From the NCBI GenBank assembly GCA_963666975.2, contig CAXVYR010000004.1, positions 1,472,001-1,536,000 of the forward strand: a stretch of 64,000 bases of DNA, in the 5' to 3' direction. The translations under genes and the position numbers were made by a program. The DNA is from Terriglobia bacterium. Its GTDB lineage: Bacteria; Acidobacteriota; Terriglobia; 2-12-FULL-54-10. The stretch's first letter is position 1; every line of letters begins with the position of its first letter. Below the pieces are notes generated by a model. It did no database searches. It was given only the letters and a program-made list of their open reading frames with translations, and was not told where the DNA came from. Positions 11,590 through 23,681 of the stretch are shown piece after piece.

Positions 11590-12507
11590 TCAACGATGGC
11601 TGTATAAAAGCTCTTCCTCAAATGACATTTGGGATTGAGCCAATTTCATTTTCTCTGCCAGCTCGGAAAGTTGTTCATCCGGAGCAGCCACAAACAGATC
11701 GGCGTAGAGCGTTCCTTCATCCTCATAATTCCTGGTACTGATTCCCCTGTCGTGCAAGAGGCGGCGCACGCTGCTTTGCTCCGCTTTATCGACAAAGTTC
11801 CGCTGAGGCAGCCGAATACCCGGCACGGAAGTCAAACAGAGTCCCGCCCGCTCGAAAGCGCTGACGATGGGGCCAATTTCAAACATGCGCAGGATCGAAA
11901 TCACAGCCAAGGGACCAAAGCCATCCGGGTGATCCTGCCCCAGATGCGGAAGCACCTTGGATAATGTAGTTTCCGTAACGTACCCGATTGCACCGGTGCT
12001 CACTAGCAGATTGCAGGAGCGAAACCACTTCAGATCTGTTTCTGTTGGATGGGCATCCGGATCCTCCAGGTTGCGCCCAATCCCCCCATCCAATAGCCCC
12101 GCATCGAGTCCGAATTGAATCGCCGGAGCAGCACTGTCCATGCCAACGCACCGCATATCCCTAGCCGGAGGGATGATATTAAGCCACTTCCGCATTGCCG
12201 CACAGCACGATGAATAATCCATCGGCGCCCGTGAGGCAAAAAATGAAACAATCTCGTCAAACGAACATCCATGCCTGACAAACGCTGAACCCATACCGTA
12301 GGAACAACCCACATCCAACATCTGCAAAGGCCAAGCTTCGGCATTCCGCTCCTTTAGAAGCTCCGCCGCCGCAATGCAATATGGACGTGTCCGGTCTCCG
12401 ATTTGATAGTTGTGTAAAGCCATACTCCTGACGTAGTCGTGAGGTGTCGGCTGTACGTAGGCATCATCAAAGTTGGCTTTTGCTTTGTTTTCTGTACGAT
12501 AGCTCAA
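11590..12507 (-). CDS. Class I SAM-dependent methyltransferase-like protein
   Basis: Motif I LDVGCSYG, motif II VGMDSA, STGAIGYV; RBS AGGAG upstream of a TTG start. Confidence 0.75.
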   Translation of the reverse strand: MSYRTENKAKANFDDAYVQPTPHDYVRSMALHNYQIGDRTRPYCIAAAELLKERNAEAWPLQMLDVGCSYGMGSAFVRHGCSFDEIVSFFASRAPMDYSSCCAAMRKWLNIIPPARDMRCVGMDSAAPAIQFGLDAGLLDGGIGRNLEDPDAHPTETDLKWFRSCNLLVSTGAIGYVTETTLSKVLPHLGQDHPDGFGPLAVISILRMFEIGPIVSAFERAGLCLTSVPGIRLPQRNFVDKAEQSSVRRLLHDRGISTRNYEDEGTLYADLFVAAPDEQLSELAEKMKLAQSQMSFEEELLYSHR

Positions 12508-12926
12508 TTAATATCTCCTGGAAGATTTCACGCTCTCGCGGAGCCGCGCGTGCCAATCTCTAAATATTAAAACTGAGGTGACGTCTGGCCGGGCCGAAAT
12601 GCTATACCAAACAGCGGAGCGTTTATACCGCAGTTAAGCGGCTGTGAATATGACTATAGTTCAAGGAAAGGGCTCCGAGCCACTTTCACCTGCAGGACTC
12701 TGTATCTCGCTAGCGCTATGTTGGGTGCTCGGGCTAAACGCCACGTTGTTTCCCCTCACTGCATTGAGAATATTGGAAAAAGCCTACACGATTGGGGAGG
12801 ATAAAGCAAAAGCAATTGGCGACAGGGACAAACAAATTGACCAAATTCTCTATTAATAGGCCTAGAGCTACTCATTCTATATCCAGGCGGAACATTACAA
12901 ACGGGCCGCTTTCTTGGAAAGGAGGG

Positions 12927-12971
12927 GGCGGGTTACTTGTAATGTATTCAATAACATCCAAGTAACCCGCC
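12927..12971. terminator. Long inverted repeat, probable terminator for the 13033-13413 gene
   Basis: 13-bp stem ggcgggttacttg / caagtaacccgcc. Confidence 0.55.
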
Positions 12972-13032
12972 GTTTATGGAAGGGGCCAGGAAGCGTGTCC
13001 TGGAAATGGCGGGTCTGTCGAAGATCTAAAAC

Positions 13033-13413
13033 TTAAAACAAACTGGAGGCGTGCGCCTCAGTCGTCTTATCCATCCAAGCCAAGACCTCATGCATGATCA
13101 TCTGGGAGTCTTTTTCGTCTTGCTCGTCTTGCGGAGCTATCCTCGCCGGGCTGTGACTTTTGGCCGCTCCGGCTTTGACGGGCAGATGTGCCTCGGGTGC
13201 TGAAGAGGCATGGACCCTCTCTTCTGCCTGTTTACAATAATTTTCTAAGTTCTCAAGCAGACATTTCCTGCTGCAGAACTGCGCATCACGGTCACTCCAG
13301 TAATATAGGAATTGCACAATCTGAACGGTTCCTTCAGCCCGGTTACTTCGCAGTTCCCACCAATACTCTTCGAAAGCCTTATCCTTACCGCACCTTCTGC
13401 AGAGAACTGTCAT
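13033..13413 (-). CDS. Hypothetical protein with putative Zn-binding motif (CxxC...FCSxxC)
   Basis: CRRC near the N-terminus and FCSRKC; RBS GGAGG upstream of the ATG. Confidence 0.6.
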   Translation of the reverse strand: MTVLCRRCGKDKAFEEYWWELRSNRAEGTVQIVQFLYYWSDRDAQFCSRKCLLENLENYCKQAEERVHASSAPEAHLPVKAGAAKSHSPARIAPQDEQDEKDSQMIMHEVLAWMDKTTEAHASSLF

Positions 13414-13452
13414 GTCTGTACCTCCGAACTAAATCTTCAATCAAAACGTCTA

Positions 13453-13753
13453 CTGGGTCCCTTTCCAGGCCATTCCGTTTAGCTTTTGGCAGGCCCTGCT
13501 GGCTATAGCCACTTGCTAATTCTCCGGCGACACGCTTCGCCTTGTTGCCCATCGGAATGACCCTCATCAGTTCCTCCAGCGTGGCCTCAGAATGCTTTGC
13601 CGTCATCAACTGGGTCCCTTTCCAGGCCATTCCGTTTAGCTTTTGGCAGGCCCTGCTGGCTATAGCCACTTGCTAATTCTCCGGCGACACGCTTCGCGCA
13701 TGACCCTCATCAGTTCCTCCAGCGTGGCCTCAGCATGCTTTGCCGTCATCAAC
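13453..13753. repeat. ~157-bp tandem duplication (second copy internally deleted) that splits a small hypothetical ORF (13385-13854, minus strand)
   Basis: ctgggtccctttccaggccattccg...gccgtcatcaac is repeated at 13453 and 13610. Confidence 0.9.
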
Positions 13754-14264
13754 GCGCAAAACAGCGTCATGTAGGAGGTCTTTTCGTCATTTGCCTGGCC
13801 CTCTTGGGGCAGCACAGTTTTCATGGGACTCGTTTGTTTCATTGCCAAAACCATTTTGATGTTGAAATTCGCTTTACATGAAGCACTATGCGGCCTAATC
13901 CCGATCGGCGCAATGGAGGGAAGGTCTCAAATTTATAGGGACTTTCTTACTAGGGCGGTGGACGCTGCATTCCGTAGCTCCTGGCGAAGCATTCGCTTTC
14001 CAATGGCACGATGTATTGCTGGAACCTGCCAACGGAGCTAGGTTCGGTTACTGGCATGTTCGGCTGCCTGCAGTAGAAGATAGGGATGAGAGAACATGAT
14101 CGTCGCAGCAAACGTAGTATCCCTTGGTTACGTTTAGTTAACACCTAATGGTTGTATTATGAAAAAAGGCTCACTTGAAAGGTGTGAGGGAGAATAGGAA
14201 GAAGAGAGAGACCCCTAGAAAGACAGGCTACCCGGAAGGATTTCTGATCAAATACCCCGGAAAA

Positions 14265-14705
14265 GCGTTGTGGCAGGACATACAGCAGATCGAAGACCGG
14301 GGCGTCAAATACATCATAGCGGCCGATTTCGGACCCGGTCAGCCCCGTGCTCGTGTCGCCCAGGATGTCGCAGATAGCCTGTAGGTTCGCTTCGTCTAAT
14401 TTTGGTATGGCAGCCATCCAATCATATCCTTTTTCTTGCCGCCGGCCCTCATGAAGAAGCCTTCGGGACGGCAGAATGATCAGCGAAGAACTTCGGCGCG
14501 TTGTGGCAGGACATACAGCAGATCGAAGACCGGGGCGTCAAATACATCATAGCGGCCGATTTCGGACCCGGTCAGCCCCGTGCTCGTGTCGCCCAGGATG
14601 TCGCAGATAGCCTGTAGGTTCGCTTCCTAATTTTGGTATGGCAGCCATCCAATCATATCCTTTTTCTTGCCGCCGGCCCTCATGAAGAAGCCTTCGGGAC
14701 GGCAG
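14265..14705 (-). pseudogene. Duplicated (~210 bp x2) N-terminal fragment of a TIGR02391-like protein directly downstream of Fic
   Basis: Copies at 14265-14474 and 14498-14705. MAAIPKLDEANLQAICDILGDTSTGLTGSEIGR resembles the TIGR02391 N-terminus (from memory) and then breaks into unrelated sequence. Confidence 0.55.
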
Positions 14706-16248
14706 GAAGCGGTTCGCCGGCTAGTCCTTTCTTTACCAGCCCGGCCAGGAAATCGGCAAACGGGACGATATCCTCACCGATACTCGCTTTTTCGAGAGCA
14801 TCCATATAAATCTTGCGGTCTCCGACGGAGATGACCGTCCACGGATACCCGCCGGAGGCCAGCATCAAATTCATCAGAAAACGCCCCATGCGGCCGTTCC
14901 CGTCCATATAGGGGTGGATATAGACGAATATGAAATGGCCCAGCACAACGCGCACCGCCGGGGCCGTTTCCTCGCGCAGCAGATCGAAAAATGCGGGCAT
15001 CGCATCCCGCACCGCCTCGCGGTTAAGCGGCACGTGCATGGACCGGCGAATATAAACCTGCCCGTTGCGATAGCCCGCAAGGTCAGAGGCTTTTAACAAG
15101 CCGCCCGTTACACTGGGGGCAAACATTTCCCGATACCACGTTCCGTGATCTTCATCCGCGACCAGTCCGGGATTTTCACCATGCAGAACCCTGTTCACAC
15201 TTTTTTGAACAGCCTGATAGGCCTGCCAATATCCGCGCGCAGCCATAGCATTGCGCTGTTGCAGGTCCTCTTCGCTCGTGTCGGGATTCCACGCACCACT
15301 GCGGACACTTTCAATCAGCTGAGGGGTTACACGATACCCCTCGATCGACAGTGAATGATAGGCATCGGTTGCGTATGCATCATCGACATGTTTCATGTAA
15401 GCGTTCCTATCACGCGGCAACCCCGGAGCTTCCGGGAAGCCGCCGATGACAGGTTCCCGCATCTGCTGCCACAAGAGCCGTATGCGATTCACATACGGGG
15501 ATGTTTCGCGGGCTGGCAAAGCAAAGGCCGGCTTGTCCGTAAAGGGGTCGCTTTCACGCACATCATACCCTGCGGCGGACATTGTCTTCGTAATATCATC
15601 CGCGATGCGGTCGCGTCCGCTGTTGCGGAATGCACCGGCAAGCCGCCCGGCAATCGTGCTGTGCCCGCCCTCCAGCAACCGGGCAAGAATGCCTGAGGCA
15701 TCACGAATCATCAACAGCGCTGCACGAACATCCGTCGAATGGCGGGAAAAGTAATTGGGGGGAGACGCAATCAGGGCAGATTCCAGTGAGAAAATACGTA
15801 TTCCTTCCTTTTCCTCTGTGTCGGCTGCAGCAGGCAATGCGGCACGAAGGTCCAGAAGTGATGTTCCGTGCGGGAGCTTGGTTACTTTGTTGCGGGCTTT
15901 GGGAGACCTCACGACAAGCTGCCGGGGTACCGTCCAGTTGCCTCCATGCAGAGACAGGGACTGCTCTGGCGAGAGACACCAGCCTTTACCAAAGCGTTCC
16001 TCCAGATAGACAGCGCCAAAACGCCAAAACGATGCATACCACGCCGTGCTCTCTCCCTTCACTTCATCCGGGCGGCTCGGGATATACCATCCTTTTATGA
16101 CCTCCCGCAGAAAGCCGTTCGCAACGAGGCGCTCGCGATGGGTTCGCGACAAATCCCTTGCTCGTATGGCGGCCGCACCGCTCGAATTCTGGAGCTTGTG
16201 TAAAATTTCCAAAGACTGTGCGAGTTTTTCTGACGGTGCTGGCATCAA
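14680..16248 (-). CDS. Fic family protein with long N-terminal extension
   Basis: Fic motif HPYMDGNGRMGR; YHSLSIEG helix. Confidence 0.92.
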   Translation of the reverse strand: MMPAPSEKLAQSLEILHKLQNSSGAAAIRARDLSRTHRERLVANGFLREVIKGWYIPSRPDEVKGESTAWYASFWRFGAVYLEERFGKGWCLSPEQSLSLHGGNWTVPRQLVVRSPKARNKVTKLPHGTSLLDLRAALPAAADTEEKEGIRIFSLESALIASPPNYFSRHSTDVRAALLMIRDASGILARLLEGGHSTIAGRLAGAFRNSGRDRIADDITKTMSAAGYDVRESDPFTDKPAFALPARETSPYVNRIRLLWQQMREPVIGGFPEAPGLPRDRNAYMKHVDDAYATDAYHSLSIEGYRVTPQLIESVRSGAWNPDTSEEDLQQRNAMAARGYWQAYQAVQKSVNRVLHGENPGLVADEDHGTWYREMFAPSVTGGLLKASDLAGYRNGQVYIRRSMHVPLNREAVRDAMPAFFDLLREETAPAVRVVLGHFIFVYIHPYMDGNGRMGRFLMNLMLASGGYPWTVISVGDRKIYMDALEKASIGEDIVPFADFLAGLVKKGLAGEPLPAVPKASS

Positions 16249-16471
16249 AATGTCCTCAGGTTAGCTTATTACGCCGTTCTATTATTAGCTTTATATGTTG
16301 TATCATTATTAGCTTATTGTGTCGAGCATAAATCAGCTCTTTCCGCAGATGATCGTCACGCGTCAATGGCTTTTCTTGCACGAACCTGTGTTCACGCGCC
16401 GCGTCGGCGTGAGCCGAGGGCGTGGCGCGCTCAAGACGTGACGGCCTGAGGAACCTCCTGGCGCGGGCCTC

Positions 16472-17374
16472 TAGAGCAATTCTCCATATGCTGTATAGTA
16501 AGGAACGAGGATTTTCTGGCGATCCAAGCACAAGATGGCGAAGACGTATTCAGACGATTTGAGGCGGAAGCTTTTGGAAGCGCACGACCGGGGAGAGGGG
16601 AGCTTGGGGGAACTGGCGTGGCGGTTTGGGGTGAGCAGCCCGTGGGCATGGAAAATTTCCTCGCAGAGACGACGAACGGGACAGATGGAGCGAGTTCGGC
16701 AGCGGCAGGGTCGGCAGAGCCGGGTGACCGCGACGGTGGAGAGGCAGTTGAAAAAAAATCGCTCCGTGCCCAGGAACAGGACACGCCGGAGAACCGCCAG
16801 CGCCGCCCAGCGTGGCGGGAACAAGTAAGCCAGCTCAATCCGCAACGGCTGGTTTTTCTGTACGAGAGCGGAGTGACGACCCAGATGACCCGGCGCTATG
16901 GCCGCGCTCCACGCGGAGAACGAATCCGGGAGGCGACACCGGCAGGACACTGGAACACGCTGACCTTGTGGGGAGCGATGACCCAGCAAGGAATGTTGGC
17001 CAGTATGACGGTGGAATCTCCGACCGATGGGGATGTCTTTCTGGCTTATCTAGACAAAGTGCTCTGCCCGCAGATGCAGGCGGGCCAAGTGGTGGTGATG
17101 GACAACCTCAGCGTGCACAAGGTGGCGGGCGTGCGGGAGCGGATCGAAGCGGTGGGAGCCACCCTGCTGTACCTGCCGCCGTATTCGCCCGACTTCAACC
17201 CCATTGAACAAGCCTGGTCGAAAATCAAACAGAAGCTCCGCTCGGCCCAGGCCCGCACCGTGGAAGCACTGCAAGCCGCTGTCGCTCAGGCCCTAGCGAC
17301 CGTCACTTCACAGGATGCCACCGCTTGGTTCCACCACTGCGGACATGCTATACGGTAAATGGAGAAATGCTCTA
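16472..17374 (+). mobile_element. IS630 family element (orfA 16535, orfB to 17358, A-run frameshift near 16751); first catalytic Asp replaced by Tyr
   Basis: Terminal IRs TAGAGCAATTCTCCATATGCTGTATAG and CTATACGGTAAATGGAGAAATGCTCTA, with TA at both ends. Motifs [10 protein letters not shown] and [13 protein letters not shown] are present; LVFLYESG replaces LVFLDESG. Confidence 0.93.
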
Positions 17375-20300
17375 GAACGAGAATCGCAACGCAAACTGAA
17401 TCTGTCGGGCAGTGGTGGTGGTGCCCGTGAGCCTTCCCGCGACAGGGTTGGGGCGGCCGGAAGCCCCCGAGAAAATAATGGTGGAGCCTGCGGTATTCCG
17501 ATTGAAATTGGTATGGTTCGGGAGATTGAAAAATTCCGCTCGAAATTGAAGCTGTCTCTTGGCATCCAGCACAATTTCCCGCTGGAGGGAAATATCCATA
17601 GTAAAGACGCTAGGCGCGGTGATGGTGTTGCGCCCGACATTCCCCAGGGTGCCCGGTGGAGGCAAGCTATATACCGAGGGGTCAAAATATTGTTCTGGCG
17701 CACCCAGAATAGGATTATTGCTCCGGCCGGGAAGCAAGTTAGGCCGGCTGGCGGCAAACAGGAACCCGGGGCTGCGGGCATTAACTACGGGGGTATAAGG
17801 GACTCCGGTGCGAAACCGCATAATTCCTCCCAGCCGCCAGCCTCCGAAAACCTGGGAAAGGAAGCCGGATCTCAACCAGCGCCCTCCGCTCCCCAAAGGG
17901 GGAGTGTAAAAGTAGTTGATCACGAGACGATGGCGCACGTCGAAATCGGAAAGGCCTCGATCCAGAGTGCGCATCAGCCCATACTGGGAAGAACCACCAA
18001 GAAAGGAATGAAAGGAATGAGAGGAGGCGTCATCCACGCTCTTACTGAAGGAATAGCTGGCACGCAAGGAAATTCCCCGACTGAGGCTCTTGTCAGCGGA
18101 GAGCTGCAGAGAATTGTAGAAAGATTGCGCATCACTATTTAGAATGCTAATCCCTCCGAACGCAGGATTCACCGGGCCGGCATCAGGTCGGCAATCCGGA
18201 ATGGCGGTCTCCCCCGGCGGAGGGCATGCTGCGGGAAAGAACAACGATTCGTCTTTCCTGATTTCCGGGACAGGAAAAAGGTTCGCTTCGTAGCCACGGA
18301 ACAAATGATTGCCCCTGGCCCCCACGTAAGAGGCACGGGCACGCCAGCCTCCGGGGAGCTGCTGTTGCAGAGTGAAGTTGTAACGCAGCACCATTGGGTT
18401 GGTCGTGTGCCGGTAGTCCATGGATCGAGCTTCGAGAGGGGTTCCGGCGGCGGCCGCTACCGCGTCGGGAAAGCTCCCCGAGGAATCAAAGTTGGTTCTC
18501 ACCGCTTTCCGGAAAAAAGGAAGCGTGCTTTTGGGCTGGTCTACCGCATATTCGAGGATTTGATCGTAGTAAATCCCAAAACCGCCAGTCAGCATCGTGT
18601 TTCCGCTGTTTCCAGGAGACCAGGAAATACCCAGGCGCGGAGAAAGATTGCGCAACGAGGGGTTATTCTTCAAAAAGGGCCCCACCTGCACCTCGGAGTC
18701 CCGCACCGGGTCAGGGAGAAAAGAGGTCTTGCCATCCTTGTCGTGGATGAGCGTGGCAAATTCATAGCGGACGCCCAAGTTGAACTGAAGACGGGAACTG
18801 ACCGTATATCTATCCTGAAGGTAGAAACCCAGCAAGGTCTGGCGAAGAGCCTTTTTGTTATCCGATCCCGGCAAAGCAACCGTCAAGGTAGTGCCCTCCG
18901 GGCCCCCCTGGAGAAAGCTCTCCAGGCTATTGAAAGACCAACTACCTCCTTTGTCCGACCCGGAGAACACCTCCCAGCGATAGCGGTGAATTTCGAACCC
19001 CGACTTCAGCGCGTGACTTCCCCTCTGGGCCACCAGATCGTCCGCAAACTGAAATGTATTCATTATTCTGTCTTGGGGTGTGATTCTCTGAGGGCCGAAA
19101 GGAGTCAAACCTGGGACGTCGATCCATCCGAACTGGGGAGCGTCGGGAACAAAGAATAACGAACGGGGGATCTCAATAGAGGATGAACTCTCTTGTGCTA
19201 ACACCGGCCTGGTGTATCCAACGCGGAACGAGTTCAATAGGCGAGGATTAAATATATGGGTTTCCACGAGAGTCAGATACTGTTGGCGGCTGTTGTTCAG
19301 GGTGGTGAAGATAAAGGAGGCCTGGGAGCCATGACTGGTGGCGTCGTCAAAGGTATAGCGAGCAAAGAGGCTGTCCCGCTCGGAAATCTGGTGATCCAGC
19401 CGAACGGTGAAAAAAATTTCATTGGTGGGCAAGAACTGCGGGGCAGCGTTTTGCTGGATCCCTCCCCCTGCCCGAACTGAGTTGGGTAACGGGTAAAGTC
19501 GCAGGTATGGCTTCACGTCTGGGTGCACGGGAACGGTTCGGAGCACCTTTCCGGCCGTGTCCGTAATAATTCCCTGCCGGGCCAGCTCGTCTGGAAAGAA
19601 GTCGATTTCCGTCTGGGTCAGCCGGTCCCGCAGCCCCTCAAAGCTGCCCATGAAAAAGGTCCTTTCCTTCACCACCGGACCCGTGAGGGTGAAGCCGAAT
19701 TGGTTGCGCTTGAAGGGGGTAGGCTCCGGGCCGGGGTCAAAGAAATTCCGGGCATCGAGCTTGCTGTTGCGAAAGAACTCGAAAAAGGTGCCGTGGAACT
19801 CGGGCGTCCCGGAGCGGCTGATGGAGTTCAGAACACCACCGCTAGCGCGGCCATATTCCGCCCCGTAGTTGCTGCTGAATACCTGAACCTGGAGAACTGC
19901 GTCAGAACCCAACTGTCCACCGGCCGCGCTTTGGGGAACCTGATTCGCAGTGTCCATGATGTTGGTCCCGTCCAATAAAAAGGCGTTCGAGGTAGACCGC
20001 CCTCCCGCTACGGTTAACCCCCCGCTGCCTCCTCCCCGCGAGGATGAACCGGCAAAAGGATCGCTCACGCCGGCCTGGAGAGTCGCCAGTTGGCTATAAC
20101 TGCGACCGTTGAGAGGAAGACCGACTAGCTGGCTTTCACTGATCTGGCCTGCATTGATGGCAGAGGACTCCCTGTCTGTACCCGCGCCCTGGGCCGTTCG
20201 TTCCTGATCTCCGGAATCTCGTTCCAACACCAAATCCAAAGTCACCAATTGCTCTGCGCCCAGTTCCAACCCTTCCTGCAACCGGCTGACAAAGCCAGCC

Positions 20301-22031
20301 TGGGAAGCCTGGACTTCGTAAGTACCGGGAACCAATCGTTGGATTTCAAACTGTCCCTCTGCGTCGCTGCTGACGGTACGGCTCAATCCCGGAGGGTGTC
20401 CCATACATAGTTGAAGGTTGAACGGCGGTTCGGCCCGAATCGAATAGAATCGGGCCAAGCCTAAATCCTATAGAAGGAGAACCGCCGAATGAAGGGAAAA
20501 TATCACGTTTTGGAACTGGGTTCCAAGGGAGCCGAAGAAACCATCCAGAAGTTTTGCCAAACCAACGGACAGATGCTGTTGCCGGTGGTGGATCTGATCA
20601 CGGAGGCGCGTCTGGCGGTGGATGAGGTGATTGATCGGGCCGGGCGAGGTTTGATTGAAACGATTCTGAGCATGAGCGCAGAGCAAATCGCGGGGCCAAA
20701 GAGTCCCGGGAAGGCGAGCGGAGAGGTGCGCTGGCATGCCGGCAATTGGGGAGGGTGAAACTGGCCGATCGCCAGCTGCGGGTGGAGCGGCCCCGGCTGC
20801 GCCGGAAGGGCGGAGGGGAAGAAGCGGTGCCGGCCTACGAAGCGCTGCGGAAAAGCGAGAAGACGGGCGAGGAGATGTTCGAGGCACTGTTGAAAGGGGT
20901 TTCGACGCGGAACTACCGCGAGGTGATCCCGGAGATGGCCAACAGCGCTGGGGTGTCGAAGTCTCAGGTGAGCCGGGAAGCGGCCGAGCAAGGAGCGCGG
21001 CGGCTGGAAGAACTGTTGGCGCGGCGCTGGGAGGAGGTCGAGATTCTGGTGATTTACCTGGACGGAATGCGGTTCGGCTCCCACCACGTCATCAGCGCCG
21101 TGGGCGTGGACAGCGAGGGCCGCAAGCATGTGCTGGGGATTCAACTGGGCGCGACCGAAAACGCCGCTGCGGTGAAAGACCTTCTCACCCGCCTGCGCCA
21201 GCAAGGTCTGCGCACGGATCAGCGCTATCTGTTTGTGATCGACGGCGCCAAAGCGCTCCGCGCGGGGATCGAGGAAGTATTCGGCAGCAATCAGCTGGTG
21301 CAGCGTTGCCGTACTCATAAGCTGCGCAACGTGGCTGAGCGGTTACCAAAGGGCGACAAAATGCTGGCGAATCAGGTGCGGTCGCTGATGCGCGCCGCCT
21401 GGCGATTGCCCCAAGCCGAGGAAGGCATCGTGCGCATAAAGAAGCTCGCTGGGATGATCGAGTGCGATCATCCGGCAGCAGCCGCCAGCTTGCGCGAAGG
21501 GTTGGAGGAGACCTTTACGATCAATCGAGCCGACGTTCCTCCCAGCCTCCACCGCTGCCTGGCAACCACGAACCTCATCGAGAGCCCGCAGTCGGGCGTG
21601 CGGAAAAAGACTGGCAATGTTTGCCGCTGGCGCGACGGCGAGATGACGTTGCGCTGGGTGGCAGGAGCGTTTCTGCTGACCGAGAAGAATTTCCGGAAGA
21701 TCATGGGTTATCACGATCTCTGGGCTTTGGCATCGATTCTCGGCCGAAGTCCAAACGCTGCTTCCTCTCACAAGGAGAAAGTGGCGTAATATGAACTCAA
21801 CCCGCCGTCCCAACCTGCAACTGAGTTTGGGACACCTTCCAATCCCGTCGCCAGACGCTTCACCCTCACCGCCGTCCCCGCGAGGGGCGCTCCTGACTGA
21901 TCCTGCACCGTACCCCGCAGCGTCGCCATGCTCCCCTGTGCCAGCGCCCCTGTCCTTGCCCAGAAAAGCAGCGTGATCAGAAGCGCTGCCGAAAGAGCCA
22001 AACCTTGCACTACTGATTTGTATGCGTGCAT
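17372..22031 (-). pseudogene. Oar-type TonB-dependent receptor with carboxypeptidase-regulatory-like N-domain, interrupted by IS256
   Basis: The N-part (signal peptide, LRGTVQDQSGAPLAG...KRLATGL) and the C-part (SRTVSSDAEGQF...LPLNGRSY...RQIQFALRFSF) rejoin in frame when the IS and one TSD are removed. Confidence 0.92.
20392..21839 (+). mobile_element. IS256 family element; transposase 20489-21789 with 1-bp frameshift near 20740
   Basis: IRs GAGGGTGTCCCA.../...TGGGACACCTTC; 8-bp TSD CAATCCCG at 20384-20391 and 21840-21847; motifs GVSTR, IYLDG, VIDG, QRCRTHK, TTNLIES. Confidence 0.95.
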
Positions 22032-22223
22032 GTTCCTCATTTCCTCGATAAGGCGGACCTCAACCGGAATTAGTTTTTTGACCCGCCGGTGGTTGCGATT
22101 GTACACCCATCTGCCTCCAACTGCGCCCTTCCAGCGCAGTTTTGCTCTCCGGATCTCCGTGGGCATGGTATTGCTCTCACCTGATGGGTTGACCGGCCCC
22201 GGTTTTTTAATCCATTATGAAAG

Positions 22224-23427
22224 TGAGTTTTGCGGCAGAATCTAATACCTAAAGAAGGGGGACAAGCCGTGAAACAAAAGCGATTCAGCGTGGAGCAGAT
22301 TGTAGGAGTGTTGAAGCAGGCAGAGGTGGGGGTGCCGGTAGGGGAGATGGTCCGGAAGGTAGGGATCTCGGAGCAGACGTTCTACCGCTGGAAGAAGCAG
22401 TACGTGGGGCTGGAGATCGACCAGGTACGACAGCTGAAGCAGCTGCCGGAGGAGAACCAAAGGTTGAAGCGGTTGGTGGCCGATCTGACGCTGGACAAGA
22501 CGATGCTACAGGACGTTTTGGCAAAAAAATTCTGAAGCCCTCGCGACGCCGCCAGGTAGTGGGATACCTGTGCGGGGGCTATCGGGTAAGCGAGCGGCGG
22601 GCGTGTGCGGTGTCACATCTAAACCGTGGAACCTGCCGATACCAGAGCCATCAGGACCCTCGGACGGAACTGCGGATGCGGATCCGGGAGATGGCGCAGG
22701 TGCGGATTCGATATGGGTGTCGGAAGATTCTGGTATTACTGCACCGGGAAGGCTGGCAAGTGGGAAAGACGATGGTAAGCCGGTTGTATCGGGAAGAGGG
22801 ATTGGCGCTACGGCGGACGGTGCCGAGGAGACGCCGGGTGGCGGTAGAGCGGCGGGAGAGAATCAAACCGGCAGCACCGAACCAGGTGTGGAGTCTGGAC
22901 TTTGTGTCGGATCAACTGGCGGACGAACGAGAGTTCCGCGCGCTCACGGTGATGGATGCGTACACGCGGGAGAGCTTGGCCATCGGGCTCGGGCAGAGTT
23001 TGAAGGGGGAAGATGTCGTGCGGGTGTTGCAGGGAATCCAAAGGGATCGGGGTGGACCGAAGAGGCTGTTCTGCGACAATGGCTCGGAGTTTTCGAGCCG
23101 GGTGCTAGACCTGTGGGCGTATCAGAACGGGGTGAAGATCGATTTCTCACGGCCCGGCAAGCCGACCGACAATGCGCGCATCGAATCGTTCAACGGGACG
23201 TTCCGGGAGGAGTGCCTGAATGTACATTGGTTCACAACACTGGGAGAAGCCAGGCAGTTCATCGAGGCTTGGCGGAGGGAGTACAATGAGAGTCGTCCTC
23301 ACAGGGCCCTGGGGGAGAGGACGCCGAACGAGTTCGCCTTTCCGATTGCAGCTTCGCTGCAATCGGAAAGGCCTGGAAACAGCCCAAAACTTACCCTGAA
23401 ACTGGTACAAAAATCCGGGGCCCCTCA
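22224..23427 (+). mobile_element. IS3 family element (orfA ~22270-22535, orfB, -1 frameshift at GCAAAAAAAT)
   Basis: TG...CA ends with imperfect IRs; DDE motifs WSLDF, CDNGSEF, NARIESFN, RPH. No target duplication is visible. Confidence 0.92.
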
Positions 23428-23509
23428 AGTTCAGAGGGAAGTTGCGGACCGGATGGATGCAATTCTGAATCCGGTGGCTGTCAAATCAGACACAGACAGA
23501 CCGAACTGA
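23428..23509 (+). pseudogene. Possible extreme C-terminal tail of a tyrosine integrase, cut by IS3, abutting the tRNA 3' end
   Basis: VQREVADRMDAILNPVAVK resembles integrase C-terminal helices; the stop lies about 20 bp from the tRNA CCA end. Confidence 0.4.
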
Positions 23510-23529
23510 GCGGGAAGCTGTTGAAAGAA

Positions 23530-23607
<78 letters not shown>

Positions 23608-23681
23608 ACAAAAACTGCTTTACTTATTCTAAAGCATTTTCCAACCGGACATCCATCTAAAATTCCAATCCCCGGTCAAAA

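Noticed and set aside
14004-14020. Sigma54-like TGGCAC...TTGC motif
   Set aside because: GG-to-GC spacing is 11 rather than 10 nt, and no gene lies downstream on that strand.
22050-22220. Riboswitch upstream of the TonB receptor
   Set aside because: Only an isolated hairpin (aactgcgc...gcgcagtt); no cobalamin, TPP or glycine consensus recognised.
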